32,000 nt of DNA from Candidatus Nitrosopumilus koreensis AR1 (GTDB taxonomy: Archaea > Thermoproteota > Nitrososphaeria > Nitrososphaerales > Nitrosopumilaceae). This document shows, piece by piece, positions 30,675-32,000 of this stretch. The DNA is taken from contig NC_018655.1 in assembly GCF_000299365.1 (NCBI RefSeq), forward strand, positions 1,170,001 through 1,202,000, read 5' to 3'. Each line of letters starts with the position of its first letter. Positions within the stretch are counted from its first letter, which is position 1. A model generated the notes under the pieces. The model saw only the letters and a program-made list of their open reading frames with translations, did no database searches and was not told where the DNA came from. A program made the translations under genes and the position numbers.

Positions 30675-32000
30675 AGTACAAAGTATTGTGCTTTAGGATG
30701 ATGCACCACCATTGCTGCAGTAGATTGTTCAGGAATTATTTGACCTGATTCGGTTAATTCCATTCCAGATTTTTCAGGTTCCAAGAGTTTCCATACCAAA
30801 TTATGTTGCATTACATCAGGACAACTAGGAAAACCCCAAGAGTATCTCAATCCACCTTTATCTAAATTCAATTCAGATTTTATTTTTCGATTAATCCATT
30901 CAGCTAGTGCTTCTGCAACTTCAACTGCCAATCCATGAAGATAGTATGCATCAGTGTATTTGTCTTCTTGATTCCATTGTTCAATAATATCTGCAACTTT
31001 GTTTCCAACTGTGACTGCCTGAAATGCAACAACATCATCATCACCAAAATAATCAGTTAAACACAAGTGTTCAGGTTTAGTAGAACGAGGAAAATCAAAT
31101 TCTACATCATCACCATGAGGATTATCTACAAGTAATTTTCCATCTTTGTTATGGCATTTGAAATATCCATAAACCACTTCAGGTTCAAATAATTTTTCTC
31201 GAATAATTCTAATCTTCCATTGGTTAAGCAGTTGTTCATGATCTGCTTCTGATTCAGAACCTGCTTTACCCCTAAGACCCCAAGAAAGTTTGAAGAGTGA
31301 TTTTTTATCAATTAATTGCCATACTTCGTCCATCTTTATTTGATCTGATTTTAGACGAATTGGTTCACCGATAATTTTTGGAGTAGGGGCAGACACAGGT
31401 TTTATTTCACTTTTTGGAAGACTAGCAGGATCAACTTTTGCAGTGGATTTTTCTTTCCAGTTTTCTAATTTCTCCTTCCATTGTGATAAGAGTTTTGGTT
31501 TTTCATCAGAAATCAGAGCATCCATTGTTTTTAGTCCTTCAAACATTGTATTACAGTAAAAAACTCCGGACTCGTAGATTCCATCTTCTTTTGCAATTCG
31601 ATTAATGTAATTGCTGTTAATTGCTGCACCTCCACAAAGAATTGGGATGTTCATTTTGTTTTTTCTGGCATGCTCTACAAAGAATTGCATTTGTTTTGAA
31701 GTAGAAACTAACAATGCAGAAAGACCAACAGCATCAGGATTTACTTCGTCGATTTTTTCAATGAATTTTTGTAATGGAACCTGTTTTCCAAGATCATAAA
31801 CTGTGTAACCATTATTTTGGAAGATAGTTTTTACCAAATTCTTTCCAATGTCATGGACATCACCATATACAGTACCTAAAACAAGCTTGCCTTTGCTTGA
31901 TCCCTCTTCTTTGACAAGATACTTTTCCAATTCTCCAACCGATGCTTTCATGCATTCGGCAGATTTTAAAACAAATGGAAGAATTAATTCTCCTGCACCA
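30671..32000 (-). CDS. metH: Cobalamin-dependent methionine synthase, C-terminal part (B12-binding and AdoMet-activation domains); the 5' end lies outside the window
   Basis: B12-binding motifs DVHDIGKNLV (DxHxxG), SALLVSTS (SxL) and CGGAA (GG). The frame stays open upstream of the ORF-track Met to the window edge (GAGELILPFVLKSAECMKA...), matching the cap region of MetH. Confidence 0.85.
   Translation of the reverse strand, partial: GAGELILPFVLKSAECMKASVGELEKYLVKEEGSSKGKLVLGTVYGDVHDIGKNLVKTIFQNNGYTVYDLGKQVPLQKFIEKIDEVNPDAVGLSALLVSTSKQMQFFVEHARKNKMNIPILCGGAAINSNYINRIAKEDGIYESGVFYCNTMFEGLKTMDALISDEKPKLLSQWKEKLENWKEKSTAKVDPASLPKSEIKPVSAPTPKIIGEPIRLKSDQIKMDEVWQLIDKKSLFKLSWGLRGKAGSESEADHEQLLNQWKIRIIREKLFEPEVVYGYFKCHNKDGKLLVDNPHGDDVEFDFPRSTKPEHLCLTDYFGDDDVVAFQAVTVGNKVADIIEQWNQEDKYTDAYYLHGLAVEVAEALAEWINRKIKSELNLDKGGLRYSWGFPSCPDVMQHNLVWKLLEPEKSGMELTESGQIIPEQSTAAMVVHHPKAQYFVL

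Noticed and set aside
1-32000. Search for CRISPR arrays, tRNA/rRNA genes, transposases, integrases and toxin-antitoxin or known defence-system genes
   Set aside because: No regularly spaced repeats were seen. No tRNA T-arm-like GTTCRAATC boxes occur outside coding sequence. No recombinase or defence motifs were recognised in any ORF.

Overview
AT-rich (roughly one-third G+C by eye) archaeal chromosomal segment. The gene content fits a marine ammonia-oxidising thaumarchaeon (Nitrosopumilus-like): archaeal r-proteins L15e/L31e/L39e, a nurA-herA-mre11-rad50 operon, a NirK-like multicopper oxidase, a two-domain plastocyanin-type blue-copper protein, a degenerate FtsZ homologue, a Met-rich membrane protein, MetH plus a MetF-like gene, and many secreted proteins and Zn-finger micro-ORFs. 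That taxonomic call is inferred from gene content only. I found no rRNA, tRNA, CRISPR array, transposase or integrase. Several real-looking genes are missing from the ORF track because they are short or lack a start codon: the nurA 3' half, L39e, a DUF1059-like gene, two canonical C2H2 fingers and some SD-led micro-ORFs. Main observations: (1) The DNA end-resection operon carries two independent frame disruptions. nurA is broken in an A8 run that forms the slippery heptamer A AAA AAG, and rad50 is broken by a perfect 28-bp tandem duplication. (2) A 3-kb island (17.1-20.1 kb) of micro-protein genes is organised around an exact 13-bp palindrome, TTAACAWTGTTAA. It has five exact copies plus one 12/13 copy; at the five exact copies a start codon lies 35-38 nt away (the 12/13 copy has no ORF behind it). 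A small winged-helix gene lies inside the island, and one pair of copies extends to 28-nt inverted repeats that flank a two-ORF cassette. (3) The hsp20 gene is preceded by an 8-bp inverted repeat whose 3' arm is the SD-like GGTGAT, which could be an operator or an RNA thermometer. It is followed by SD-led Cys-rich micro-ORFs, and the cassette is bracketed by 44-bp direct repeats. (4) Smaller items are a 71-bp perfectly conserved intragenic repeat in the di-cupredoxin gene, a 26-aa poly-Asp micro-ORF behind a near-perfect SD, and an extremely Met-rich protein.
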